A DNA stretch of 64,000 nucleotides from Malacoraja senta (lineage: Eukaryota), in assembly GCA_038087875.1 (NCBI GenBank), contig CM075993.1, positions 6,078,001 to 6,142,000 of the forward strand. Direction: 5' to 3'. The translations under genes and the position numbers were made by a program. The stretch's first letter is position 1; each line of letters begins with the position of its first letter. The notes beneath the pieces were generated by a model, which was given only the letters and a program-made list of their open reading frames with translations, did no database searches and was not told the DNA's origin. Below are positions 24,144-35,917 of the stretch, piece after piece.

Positions 24144-25952
24144 TCTGTAAGATGTAGTGACTTTATATAAGAGAAAAAGAATTACAGGAAAAAAAATGGC
24201 AAAAGGCTAAGTGCTGGAGGAACCCAGCAGGTGAGGCAGCATCTGGGGGAAGAACAGACAGACGACGTTTCAGGTCGGGACTTTTCTTCAGACAGGATAA
24301 GAGAGAATACCAGTCAAAATACAGAAAAATATATTTTGCCATAATATTTAGTCAGGCAGCATCTGTGGAGGGAAAGAACAGATTACATTTTGAGTTAGGT
24401 CCCTTCTGGAGACTAGGTACACACTCTACACAACCCCCTACTTCAGCAGACCTCAGGGTCCCAACACAAAACGACATCCTGTTAATCCCTCCACAGATGC
24501 TTCCTGACCTGCTGAGTTCCTCCAGCATTGTGTGTTATGCTCAAGATTCCAGCGTCTAACGTTTCTTGTGTCTCCTCTTTACGCAAGCATTCCCTGACTC
24601 AAGTTACTCAGCATGGACTAACCGGGTAGGGATCACACCGAGTTTGAAGTGTCAGCCCTGTAACTTCAGCTCTCATTCAGTAATCCTATGCCATCATTCA
24701 CCATCAGCCCCACATACAAAGGTTCTTCACTCGGGTAAGCCATCAAATAGTCCAATTAGTCTGATAGTCCAAATAATAACACGGAAATGAAGGGCACCAA
24801 ATGACCACGATCAATGGTGGCCATCTTACATGTTCATTCGTTTACTATAGTGACAGCTTGTAGTACAGTATACTACAGGGCAGTAGAAATACATACTAAC
24901 AGATGTACTCAACCTGTGCTCTTGTAATTGCCATTTCTGTTAAAGCATTTTCTTCTTGCATCTGAAACATTAATCTGTCCCATTCCAGACATTTGATAAA
25001 GATTCAGAACATTGTTTTAAGATTTCTAACATTTATAATTATTTTTTTAAATCTACGTTATGTTGCATTTTGAGCAACAGGCCTCCATCAATCAGCGTAC
25101 AAAAGATCTTCAATTCTCCCCTATATACCTGTGCAACTCTCTGGCCTAAATAATGACAACTTCTGCTTTTCAAACACACTCCTAACACAATGTGTAGGGA
25201 AGAACTGCAGATGCTGGTTTAAATCGAAGATAGACACAAAATGCTGGAGTAACTCAGCGGGACAGGCAGCATCTCTGGAGAGAAGGAATGGATGATGAAT
25301 CGGGTCGAGACCTCTCTTCAGACTGATCACACTCCTAACACACCTCCATTATAAGCTGTAGGCATTTCATAACACTGCTACTTTAGACTTCAGCGATACA
25401 GCAAAATAGAACCTCCGGCCCACCGAGTCCGCGCCGACCAGCAATCAATCCCATACACAAGCATTATCCTACACCCTAGAGACAATTTTACAACTTACAG
25501 AAGCCAAAAACCTGTACGTCTTTGGGATGTGGGAGGAAACCAGGGCACCCGAAAAAAACCCTCGCAGTCACAGGGAGAACGAACAAACTCCGTACAGACA
25601 ACACCCGTAGTCAGGATCGAACCTGGGTCTCTGGTGCTTTAAAGCTACAACTACCACCACGTCACCCCAAGATTACTCTTAGGCTAATCAACCCATTTCC
25701 TATTCAGCCATCTGTACTATGAATGCACTGGTCTCTATGTAGAAAATGTCCCTGCCTTAAAATTGTCATATAAGTTTTCAAAACCCTTCATGTTCCCATC
25801 CCTCTCCTAAATATCTAAAAAAGTTCTCGACTATTCTAGACGCCACCGACTTTGATTGCTTCATCACTGAATCAAAGTAATCCACCACTGACAGTCATGC
25901 CTTCAGCTGCCTGGGTCCCAGACTCTGAAACTGAGTGGAAGCATCAGCTAGC

Positions 25953-26182
25953 TGTAAAGGTTAGATAACGAGGCATCGTTACTTTACTATCTTTATTCAT
26001 ACTGGACATTATACATTGCACTAGCTGTACGTGGTCTGTCACAGGAACTAGAGAGCGATCTGTGGGTGTGGAGGTTGTAGTTATACTTGTGATATGGGGA
26101 GTGGTTAGTGGGTGTGAGGTCACTATGTTAAAGGCACATGCATATCTCATCTACATCCTTCCTCCCCGAAACGACAGGCAAA
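25953..26182 (-). mobile_element. Diverged relative of the miniature LTR element (one LTR plus PPT)
   Basis: TGTAAA...CTACA at 25953-26155 shares CTAGAGAGCGA, ATGGGGAGTGGTTAG and GGTCACTA.GTTAAAGG.ACATGCA; PPT adjacent. Confidence 0.75.
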
Positions 26183-26951
26183 TACAAAGCTTATAGTCTG
26201 AAGATGGGTCCAGACGTGAAACGTTACCTGTCCATGTTCTCCAGAGATGCTGCCTGACCCGCTGAGTTACTCCAACACTTTGTGTCCTTTTGTGTAAACC
26301 AGCATCTACAGTTCCTTGGTATACACAAAATGCTGGACTAACTCAGCGGGTCAGGCAGCATCTCTGGAGAGAAGGAATGGGTGACGTTTCGGGTCGAGAC
26401 CCTACTTCAGTTCCTTGCTACATATATACTTTTGAGCACGTGTATGATTAAAATGTTAAAATTAATTTATTGTCTTATCATTTGCACACTTCGACCCAGT
26501 GTTAAGAAAGCATCGTATGGTCATTACCTTAAATAACTTGATATTTCTGCATACTCCCTCTTTGCTCTTCTACCCAATCTAGACTTATTTTCCAAAAAAG
26601 CAGCGACCTCCCTGTTGAAATACACGGGGATAATGAGTATTAAGCCCAGAGCAACGCCTTTATTGTGCGGGAATGTAGTGCATGCGAGGGTAACAGGGAG
26701 AGTAAAGAGCCGCTGTTGACTTTGCACCCAGAGGCTGCAGGTTGGCCCGGGACAGTGACGCGCCGGTTGCTAGGGCTCCCCGGGCCGCGTTGCTATGGGG
26801 CCGGGGCGCGACGCCCTGAAGGGCCGAAGGGCCTCCTGTCCGCCGCCGAGGAGCGGCCGGCGGCTGCTGAGGGAACTCCCGGCCGCACCCACCCTCCCGT
26901 TACCGGGGTCCAGGGGCCCCGAGCCGCCCCCGCCGCCGCCGCCCCACTCAC

Positions 26952-27000
26952 CTGACGCCCGCCCTCACCCACCGCGCAGCCGCAGCCCCGGCGCCCGGCG
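26952..27000 (-). other. TTLL13: Probable non-coding first exon of TTLL13 in a CpG island (5' end approximate)
   Basis: Strong donor CAG|GTGAGT at 26952/26951; CpG-rich at about 26700-27130. Confidence 0.65.
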
Positions 27001-27004
27001 CCGC

Positions 27005-27206
27005 GTCACCATGGCAACCGGACGCTCGCCCTGATTGGCCCGACCATCCGCCCCGCCATTGGTGCATCTCGACCCGCGGCGCTGATTGGCCGCCCGGTCA
27101 CACAGACCCTGCTGCCATTGGTCGTCACGCTGGAGGCAGCTCCCCATTGGTCAAGGCTTCCTCCTATCACGGCCCTGAGCCATTTTAATTGTGATTGGCT
27201 AATTGG
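27005..27206 (-). promoter_or_regulatory. TTLL13 promoter: RFX X-box, seven CCAAT boxes and a GC box
   Basis: GTCACCATGGCAAC at 27005-27018; ATTGG at 27034, 27058, 27085, 27117, 27146, 27194 and 27202; CCGCCCCGCC at 27048. Confidence 0.75.
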
Positions 27207-27384
27207 TCTGCATGGGTTGGGATTGGAAATATTGTCTGTCCATTCCCTCCATATTTTATCTGTTTGCTTTGTTGTTAACTTCTCCCAGCTAACAATGATC
27301 CATTCTACATTTTTCTTGATCTGCATTCACTTTGTCCTATTTTCACACCTTGCACTTCCTTATCCATGTATCTCCCTCTCCCCT

Positions 27385-27519
27385 TCTTCTTCTTGCGTAT
27401 GGCGTGCACAGCCTAAAGTTGTCGGTCAGCTTGTTCTATTTGATCTTGTTTGTGCACGTCGGGTTGATTGCATTAGTCGAAACAGGGTGGACCACGTGAA
27501 GGTTGCAATCTCCCACCCC
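27385..27519 (-). mobile_element. Ribozyme-headed short retroposon with (GAA)n tail, copy B
   Basis: 11-bp TSD CCCTCTCCCCT at 27374-27384 and 27522-27532; nested in a Penelope-like 3' end. Confidence 0.8.
27466..27519 (-). ncRNA. Minimal HDV/CPEB3-like self-cleaving ribozyme (best copy)
   Basis: P1 GGGGUGG/CCACCCU, P2 GAUUGCA/UGCAAUC, P3 ACC/GGU, L3 UUCACGU, GU, UUCG mini-P4, J4/2 CUAA. Confidence 0.8.
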
Positions 27520-29734
27520 AACCCTCTCCCCTGACATCAGTCCGAAGAAGGGTCCCAAACCGAAACGTCACCCATTCCTTCTCTCCAGAGATGCTGCCTG
27601 ACCCGCTGAGTTACTCCAGCATTTTGTGTCTATCTTCGACTTAAACCTGTATCTGCAGTTCCTTCCTACCCAATGGATGTCCAAATCTGTTTGTGGAAAA
27701 TGAATTATGAAAGAAGAATTCTTCGTACATGAGGTTTCAGGACCTGGTGGTGGATGTTCACTATTGATTAAATCTTGATGTGGAAAGTTGAAAGGATAAG
27801 TTCTGAAGAGGGGAGATATATATTTGCCATTTGAATGGGCCCAGAGTGGAGAGGGATGACTCTTCATCAATGATTGGATCTGGTTTTGAGGACTGGAAGG
27901 GGATCATGGCTTGGAGGGAGGTAAGGATGTTCAATGATCAGGATGCAGTATCGCAGCGGTAGAGTTGTTGTCTTACAGTGCCAGAGTTAAATCATGACTA
28001 TATGTACTGTAAAGGATTTGTACGTTCTCCCTACGACCGTGTGGGTTTTCTCCGAATGCTCCGGGTTCCCCCCACACTCCAAAGACATACAGGTTTGTAG
28101 GTTAATTGGCTTTGGTAAAATTAAAAATTGTCTTGAGTGTGTGGGATAGTGCTAGTATTTGGGGTGATCACTGGTCGGCATGGACTCAGTGGGCTGAAGG
28201 GCCTGTTTCACCCATGCATCTCTAAAGTCTAAAGCAGGGGTTCCCAACCTTTTTCATCCCGTTTACCCCTGGCAACTTTAATCGCACATAACAATGTTAT
28301 TTCACTTATTTATGATCAACTAATGATGAACAGATATACCAGAACCAAACAGTCAGTCAATGAGAAAAAAATAGGTGACAATTTGGGTTTCGACCCGAAA
28401 CATTAGCTATTGCTTCTCTCCAGAGATGCTGCCCGACACCCTGAGTTACTCCAGCATCTGAAGGGTTTCGGCCCGAAACGTTGCCTATTTCCTTCGCTCC
28501 ATAGATGCTGCTGCACCCGCTGAGTTTCTCCAGCATTTTTGTGTACCTTCTGCAATTACTTCTTGCACATAGATGATAGATACATATTAAACAAAAATTC
28601 AACAACAAAAAAACTCCAATACGAGTGCAAAAAAAGTCCTTAGTGCAACCAAAGGCATAACATAGTTCATAGTTGAGGTGAGACATCGAGATTTAAACGG
28701 GATTTGAGGGGAAAGTATATTTTTTGCAGAGAGTGGTTAATATCTGGAATTTGCTGCCAGAGGTGGTGGTGGAGTCAGATGCATGTGTTCAGGGGCGTTT
28801 CCGACAGGTGGGGTTGGGCTAGAAGTCGGCGTGGACGTTTCTGTGCTGTACAATTCCATGTCTTAATAAATTGAAGCAAGGGAATCATGGCCGTCCGAAG
28901 GGGGGGTGCGCGGGGTGCGCGGGGTGCGACCGCACCCCCCTTATTTTCCCCAGAGTAAGAAAAAATCCCCAGAAAATATTTTTTTTAAATCAGAGCGCAA
29001 TCAGCATTTCCACTTTGTAGGAAATCGCCCGAAATTGGCCTATCAGTAAAATATTTTTTGAATACATGTCATGTCTTAAGTCCTGTTAATGATAATATTG
29101 GCCAAATAAAATATGTCACAAAATCGAGAATCTCTTTATTTGCAAAGCCTGTTTGTCCACTTTCTGTGGAAGGTTGCAAGCTGTGAGTCATGCTCCAAGG
29201 AGTCTGAACCCTAGATGGAAGTTGAGGATAAGGCGAGGTCCAAATGTCTCTCCTTTTGTTTATATGTATGAGGGTTTTGTAGAAGAGCTAAGAGGTGTTG
29301 CATATGCATGATTAGGTTTGGTCAGATAGGGGGGTGTTGTAAAGTACTGTTAATTATGTTGCAGAGTGTTTGTGCTGTTATCTTGTGAAGTGTGAAGCCT
29401 TGTTCAAATTGTTTAAACTACCTGGAGAAATGTTTCTATTCTTTTGTAAACTGTCTTCCTGCTAGAACTTTCTGTAGAAACAATGTAATGGTGAATTTTG
29501 TGATTGGGTTCGGGAACTGTCAATAGCTATAATCTAATCAAGATTCAAGAGAGTTTATTGTCATGTGTCCCAGATAGGACAATGAAATTCTTGCTCGAAC
29601 TTCTCTCGAGCATGAAGGAGAGTTACATAGACCGCCTAGGACCATGTGTCGACCTAGCTGCAAGTTTGAGTCGAGTGCAAACGCTTCTAAACTCGCAAAT
29701 TAGGTCCCCGCAGTGAGACAGGCCCTTTAGTTGA

Positions 29735-30578
29735 TCCAGTGCTGGACTCGGTGTTTTACTGACCCACATGCCCACCAATCGAGGCCCACCTGGCTCCTGG
29801 CCCCGCCCCGCTCAAGTACGCTCGCGCCATGCCTCCCGCAGCTGGACTCCCACGACCGCCCGCTCCAACCCCCTCCACCGCCCCCCGCCCCCGTACAAAT
29901 GCGCAGAAAGAACGAGCGTTCTGCAGATCGGGAGGTCACAGCTGGTCACCGGAGGCCACCGGCTTCTGAATCCTTTCCGTATCCCCCGCCCTATGGTAGA
30001 ACATGGCTGCCCCTCCCTCCCGCTGCAAACCCAACGCGCTGCCAGTCGCGCTGCTCGCAAGTCCTTTGATAAAAACCTTGCGACCCCCTCTCTCTCCCCC
30101 CTCCTCTCTCTCTCGCTCCCTCCCCACCTCTCTCCTCCACCTCTCTCTCTCTCCCCCTCTCTTTCTCCCCTTCTCTCTCTCTCCCCCTCTTCTCTCTCTC
30201 TCCCCCTCTCTCTCTCCCCACCTCTCTCTCTCCCCCACCTCTCCCCCTCCTCTCCCCCTCCTGTTCCCCCCCTCCCTGTTCCTCCCGCTCCCTGTTCCCC
30301 CCTCTCCTCCCCTTCTCTCTTTGCCCTCACTCTCTGGCCCCCTCCCTCTAGACGCGCCTGCGAGTTGGGGGCTATGCGTCAGTAGATAGGGCGGTTATGG
30401 GGTAATAGGAGCAAATTAATAATATTATTATATTGACAAGGGGTGTAGTTAGTGCGTTTGCGGGGGGGGGGGGGTTGTTGGTGTGTGGGGTGGTTAATGT
30501 GTGTGATGCCACATGCCTCCCCCCCCCCCCGCAACCGCACGTTGGGGAACAGACCCAACGGATCTGCACTTGGTCTAG
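29735..30578 (+). mobile_element. Non-autonomous Helitron-like element with an internal CT-rich tract (5' end uncertain)
   Basis: 3' hairpin CAGACCC-AAC-GGATCTG at 30550-30566, then CTAG|T at 30575-30579. Confidence 0.45.
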
Positions 30579-30639
30579 TTCTCCTTAATTCTACCACAAC
30601 CAATGAAGAAGCTGCTAAAGCTATTGCAAACCTCTCAGA

Positions 30640-30830
30640 AGCTGTACCTCATACAGAATCACTTTAAACTGGGTCCAACATACAAATATGGTGCCTTGTA
30701 TAAGAATGGATGCTGGCGAATATTTAACCCTGACTGGTTTCGAGCATATCCCTGGCTTGTATATAGCGATCATGTGGATGGCGTCTTTGCCTACCTTGTG
30801 CCTCGTTTGTGAACAACAGGAAATCACTTG
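30640..30830 (+). mobile_element. hAT transposase remnant (ZnF-TTF-like)
   Basis: WRIFNPDWFRAYPWLVYSDHVDGVF resembles the TTF zinc-finger motif; a hAT-like terminus CATGGCCGTCC..GGGGTGCG lies at about 28886. Confidence 0.55.
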
Positions 30831-31092
30831 TCGTCAAGTCAAGGTAAGTCAAGTTTATTTGTCACATATACATACAAGATGTGCAGTAAAATGAAAGTGG
30901 CAATGCTTGCGGATTGTGCAAAACAACGGAACAGGTGCTCCTGAATGTATATTGCCATTTACCACTACTACTAATGCAAGGGCATTCGTTGGCCTTGCCC
31001 TGTAAACCAACCCTGGTTCTGCAAATCGTACGGGCCTGGGAATTGCTGAAGATAAGACACAAAAAGCAGGAGTAACAAAGCAGGCCAGGCAG

Positions 31093-32136
31093 TAGGTATG
31101 TTACAAAACGTACCTTCAGTCGCGCTGTAATTCTGCCACTGGCCGTGTGCGCGCGATTTTGGCGCCTTTAAGGGGGGGGCGGGGTTAAAACGCGGTTTCT
31201 CCTACCTTGTCCTAGGAATATTTTGTTGGAGTACAAACCTTCGCTGACAAAATCGTTCCTAGTGGCGATTTGTGAATTTTTTATTTTATTAAATCGTCAA
31301 TGTCAGCGCTACAGTCATTTTAAAAGCAGCTCCTGAAGCGTCAACGCCGATAACGGGGACGGATTTCACACAAATGGACAGGTAAACGAAAGTGCTTTCT
31401 TTAAATGTATAAAAGTGCTTCTTAAGAAGCCTTTAATTCACAATTTTTCATGCGACACGGTGATTTTATTCCCCGAATTAACGGCAGTATTTTTCATGCC
31501 AATACGGGGTTAAATTCACCACAAATGAACGTTCCAAAAGATCGCGTTCCAGCAAATCCTCACTCGCAAGATGAATTAAATCCCCATTAATTTACAGGTA
31601 TTAAACATTCAATTCCTTCCATTTGGCCTGTAAATTCATGAAAAATTAGATTTAAAAATTATGTTATATTGTGAATTATTGTGTGAATGTTATTTGGACA
31701 CTTAGGCTATTTAAAAATGTTAATCTATTCTTAAGAAATTGATAGATGTTTAGATCTAGTAAATTGAATTGTGTAATTAGCTACAATTAGGTAACTAACT
31801 AATTATATGCTTTACTTTCATGTCTTCGAAGTAAGATTGTTTCATATTTGTTTCAGAATGCTTCAATCTATAATACCTGAAAATTTCTTTGTTACCATAA
31901 TTTTTAAGAAAGTTATGGGCTTTTAACTGTCCTCGATCACAGCTTTTGTGTTAAGTCAATGGAAAAGCAATAGGGAACTAGATGCTAATTTCTGAGTATG
32001 ATAATGGCCATAACTTTTTTAATACTGAATATATGAAAGTGAATTAAGTGTCAAATTAAACTTCTTTTTATGCTTTATCTGATGGGATAAATTGCAGACT
32101 TTATTTTTAAAATCTCAAAATTTTGTAACATTGCTA
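31093..32136. mobile_element. Non-autonomous DNA transposon inserted in a Penelope-like end
   Basis: TIRs TAGGTATGTTACAAAA / TTTTGTAACATTGCTA (14/16 match); 7-bp TSD CAGGCAG at 31086-31092 and 32137-32143; AT-rich, no ORF. Confidence 0.75.
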
Positions 32137-32328
32137 CAGGCAGCATCTCTGCAGAAAAGGAATAGGTGACATTTCTGGAAGGGACCCTTAAGTTTAAACC
32201 TTTGGTGGGTCGAGACGAGAGTTGATTTAAAAAGGCTTTATTATTAAAGCGGGGAAAACAACGGTACAGAAACGGTAGCAAACCACAACGGTGACCAGAA
32301 AGCGCGCCAACCCCAGTCTCCTCCCACA

Positions 32329-32439
32329 GTCACGTGCCCAAAGCAGCTGACCGCAGGGTGCGATTACCCGCGGGCGCCAGCAGGTGCCGCTACAGCCCAG
32401 CGGGGGGGGGGGGGGGCGTGACGTGTCCAAGATGGCGGC
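32329..32439 (+). promoter_or_regulatory. GDPGP1 proximal promoter motifs (E-box, CRE-like site, YY1 site overlapping the ATG)
   Basis: GTCACGTG at 32329, TGACGT at 32419, CAAGATGGCGGC at 32428, within a CpG island. Confidence 0.55.
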
Positions 32440-33858
32440 GCCCATGGAGCGCGGTTGGGGGCCGGCGGACGGCGACGGCGACGGCGACGCTCGGACCGGG
32501 CAGGAGGGGCAGGAAAGCCCGAGGCCGGAGCCGGCTTTCGTGTACACGGAGCGGGACTTCATCCGGAGCGGCGTCGGGTGGTCGGGGTCGGTGTCGGGGC
32601 CCGAGTCCCGCCTGGACCGGGCGCTGCTGTCGGCCTGGGCCCGGCGCTTGGCTGCCGGCTGTTTCCGATACCCGCTGCGGGGGCCGGAGATGCCGAGCCG
32701 GGAGCTGCCGGGTCCCCGCCGCCTGCTGGCTCAGCTCAACACCCGGCGGGCCAGCCAGCGCCGCCCGCCGCAGACCATCGCCGGCCTCAGGCAGCCCTTC
32801 GACCCGCAGCGCTTCAACTTCAGCCGCGTCCCCGCCCGGGAGATCCTCTTCCCGCTGCGCCGGGGCGGGGGGACCGAGGCCCGGGTCGGTGGCCAGCCCG
32901 ATCCCGGGGCCCGACCTGAGGCGCAGGCAGCAGCTCAGCCCGAGGCTCAGGTCCAAGTTGGGGCCCAACCTAATCCCGGGGGTGTGTCCGAACTCAGCCC
33001 CTGTCTGAGGCCCAGGACCAAGCGCATTCCGGGGCCCGAACTGATCCAGGGGCCCGGCCCCAAACCCAGGTCGAGCCTGAGGCCTGGACCCTGGATCCCT
33101 GGACCCTGCCCGAGGGCCGAGCCCAACTTGATCCCGATCCCCTGCCTGAGGCGGAGCAGGACGCCCTGTTGATCATCAATGTCAGCCCGCTGGAGCAGGG
33201 CCACGTCCTGCTGGTGCCGGAGCCGGAGAAGCTGCTACCGCAGACACTGACGCGGGCCTCGGTGCTCCGGGCCCTGGAGCTGGTCTTGCTGAGCTCCGAC
33301 CCGGCCTTCCGGGTGGGATTCAACAGCCTGGGGGCCTTCGCCTCGGTCAACCACCTGCACCTGCATGCTTCTACCTGCGGCACCGGCTGGAGGTAGAGTG
33401 GGCCCCCACCGAGCCGCTGGGTGTAACCGGGGCAGGGGCCCGTGTCCACCGGATGTGCGGCCACTACACCCGGGCCCTGGTGCTGTACTCGGACGGCGGG
33501 ACTGGGAGGAGGTGGCAGACACACTGCTCGCCATCATCCACCTGTTGCTGGATCGCTCGGTGGCTCACAACCTGCTCCTGACCCGGGGCTGTGCGCTGGG
33601 GCCACAACCCCCGGACCCCGACTCTCGGGACGGGGTGAGGCTCATCCTGTGGCCCCGCCGCTCCTGCTTTGGTGCCAAGACGGCTCGGCCCTTTAATGTG
33701 GCGTTTTGCGAGCTGGCCGGCTTCCTGCCCATGAAAACGGCCCCGGACTTCGAGACTCTGACCGAGGAGTCGGCGCTGCGGATAATCGGGAGCAACTGCT
33801 GCCGGCCGAGGAGTTCCAGCAGCTGGGCGCTGAAATAGTGGGGCTCTCGCTGAACTGA
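32432..33858 (+). CDS. GDPGP1: GDP-D-glucose phosphorylase 1 (HIT family), single coding exon, with four apparent 1-nt deletions
   Basis: Motifs [77 protein letters not shown] and [10 protein letters not shown] are spread over shifting frames. Adding one base at each of about 32980, 33368, 33499 and 33789 gives 1431 nt (476 aa) ending at TGA 33856-33858. Confidence 0.93.
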
Positions 33859-35739
33859 AGGCCCAGCTTCATTCAATGAGACACGCAGCATGGAAACAGG
33901 CCCACGGAGTCCAAGCCACCAAATGATCGCGAATTTACACCAGTTCTATGTTATTCCCACATTCACATCAACTAGGGGCAATTTACAGAGGCCAATTATC
34001 TACAAACCAAAGATACAAACAACTGCAGATGCCGATGTACAAAAACATTCCACAAAATACTGGAATGACTGTGCCTTGGTCAGCACGGATGTGATGGGCT
34101 GAAGGACCTGTTTCCGTGATGCATGACGCTCTGATTCTAACTAACTAACTACCACTGTACTGTCTACTTCAAGACACACAAGACCAAACTTTCTTCGCCC
34201 AAATACTTGGGTAGGTGTGGGCCGAAGAGCTGTAAAACCACTCAATGAGATTGCAAGAGTTTCACCTGAACCGATGATGAGGATTGCTACTTTCAACACT
34301 TGACTAGAAACACTTGAACAATATGGAAAAAGGGGAAGGAGAGTTGGAGGGAACTCTCCCATGGCACTTTCACTCTGCATTTGATTGTTTGAAACAAAAA
34401 TAGAAAATACTGGAAACTCAGCTAGATAGGAGGACTTGAGTGGGGGGGGAATTGAAGCAGTCAACATTTCATGTCAGACCCTTCTCTGTTTCTGGGCAGC
34501 ACAGTGGCTGCTGGAGCTGCTGCCTCACACTGCCGGAGACCTGGGTTTTGATTCAAACCTCGGGTGTTTGTGCGGAGTTTGCACGCTCTCCCTGTGACCA
34601 CGTGGGTTTTCTCCCACGTCCCAAAGACGTGCGGGTTTATAGGTTAATTGGTGTGTACGAGAAAGTGGGATAACAGAACTAGTGTAAATGGGTGATTGGT
34701 GATCAGCATGGACTTGATGGGCTTAAAGCACCTGTTTCCATGCTGTATCTCTAAAAATATGTGGCTTGACCAGCTGAATATTTTCAGAATTTTCAATTTT
34801 GTTTTAGACTTTCAGCATCTGCAGTTTTTATTAACATTTCACTCACTCGTTTGAAGTTGGTGTCGACTGAGGAACATGGTATCTTCAAAGGAAAACTGTT
34901 TATAATAAACTGTGCCAAGATTGGATTTGAAACACTGCAGATGCTGGAAATCTGCACAACATTGGAGAATGCTGATGGTATTGAGCGGGTCAGGTAGCAT
35001 CTGTGGAGAAACACACATTTTATATCAATGACCAGACAAAAGATTAATATGGCATTGATTGCTGAGTTTCTAAATTTATGAAGCCTCCTCTGAACCCACC
35101 ATTTTAAACTCTTTCAGCAATCTGTCTGAACCATTGTGCAACTCAATAAATTACTGATTTGGTTTTTAAGATGGTTGTCAACAGCAGAAATTGTGGGAGG
35201 TCATAAGGAATAGGAGTAGAATTAGACCATTCGGCCCATCAAGTCTACTCCGCCATTCAATTATGGTTGATTTATCTCTCCCTCCTAACCCCATTCTCCT
35301 GCCTTCTCCCCATAACCTCCGACACCTTCCTGCACAGTCAGATTCATAGTAGTTTATTGTCATATACTGTCTTGTGCAATGAATTGTTTTGTTCCCATGA
35401 AGCTCACAGGGTAACCAGTACACACACACAGTAATGATAAAAAAAACAAAAAATACATTGATGAGTGCAAAACAGCAGAATGGTGCAGAGATTGCAGTGC
35501 AATCCAAATAGTGCAATAAAAAGGCCTAAAGTGCAATAATGCAATAACCAAATGGTGAAGAATGAGAGGAGAGACACAAAATGTTGGAGTAACTCAGCGG
35601 GATAAGTAGCATCTTCAGAAAGAGTGTTTTATTGTCATATGTCCCAGATAGACCAATGGAATTCTTCCTTGCAGCAGCAACAGAATATGATGAACATAGT
35701 ACCACTGTGAACAATATAATAAATGAAGAAAAAAGTTCA

Positions 35740-35766
35740 GTGTGTGTATGTATATATATATATATA

Positions 35767-35817
<51 letters not shown>

Positions 35818-35917
35818 ATATATATATATGTGTGTGTGTGTGTATATATATATATATGTGTGTGTGTGTGTATATATATATATAATATATATATATATAT
35901 ATCACACACACACACAC
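35740..35917. repeat. Compound (TG)n(TA)n microsatellite
   Basis: Seen directly. Confidence 0.95.

Noticed and set aside
29768..30389. Ser/Leu/Pro- and Glu/Arg-rich ORFs
   Set aside because: CT/GA low-complexity tract inside a repeat
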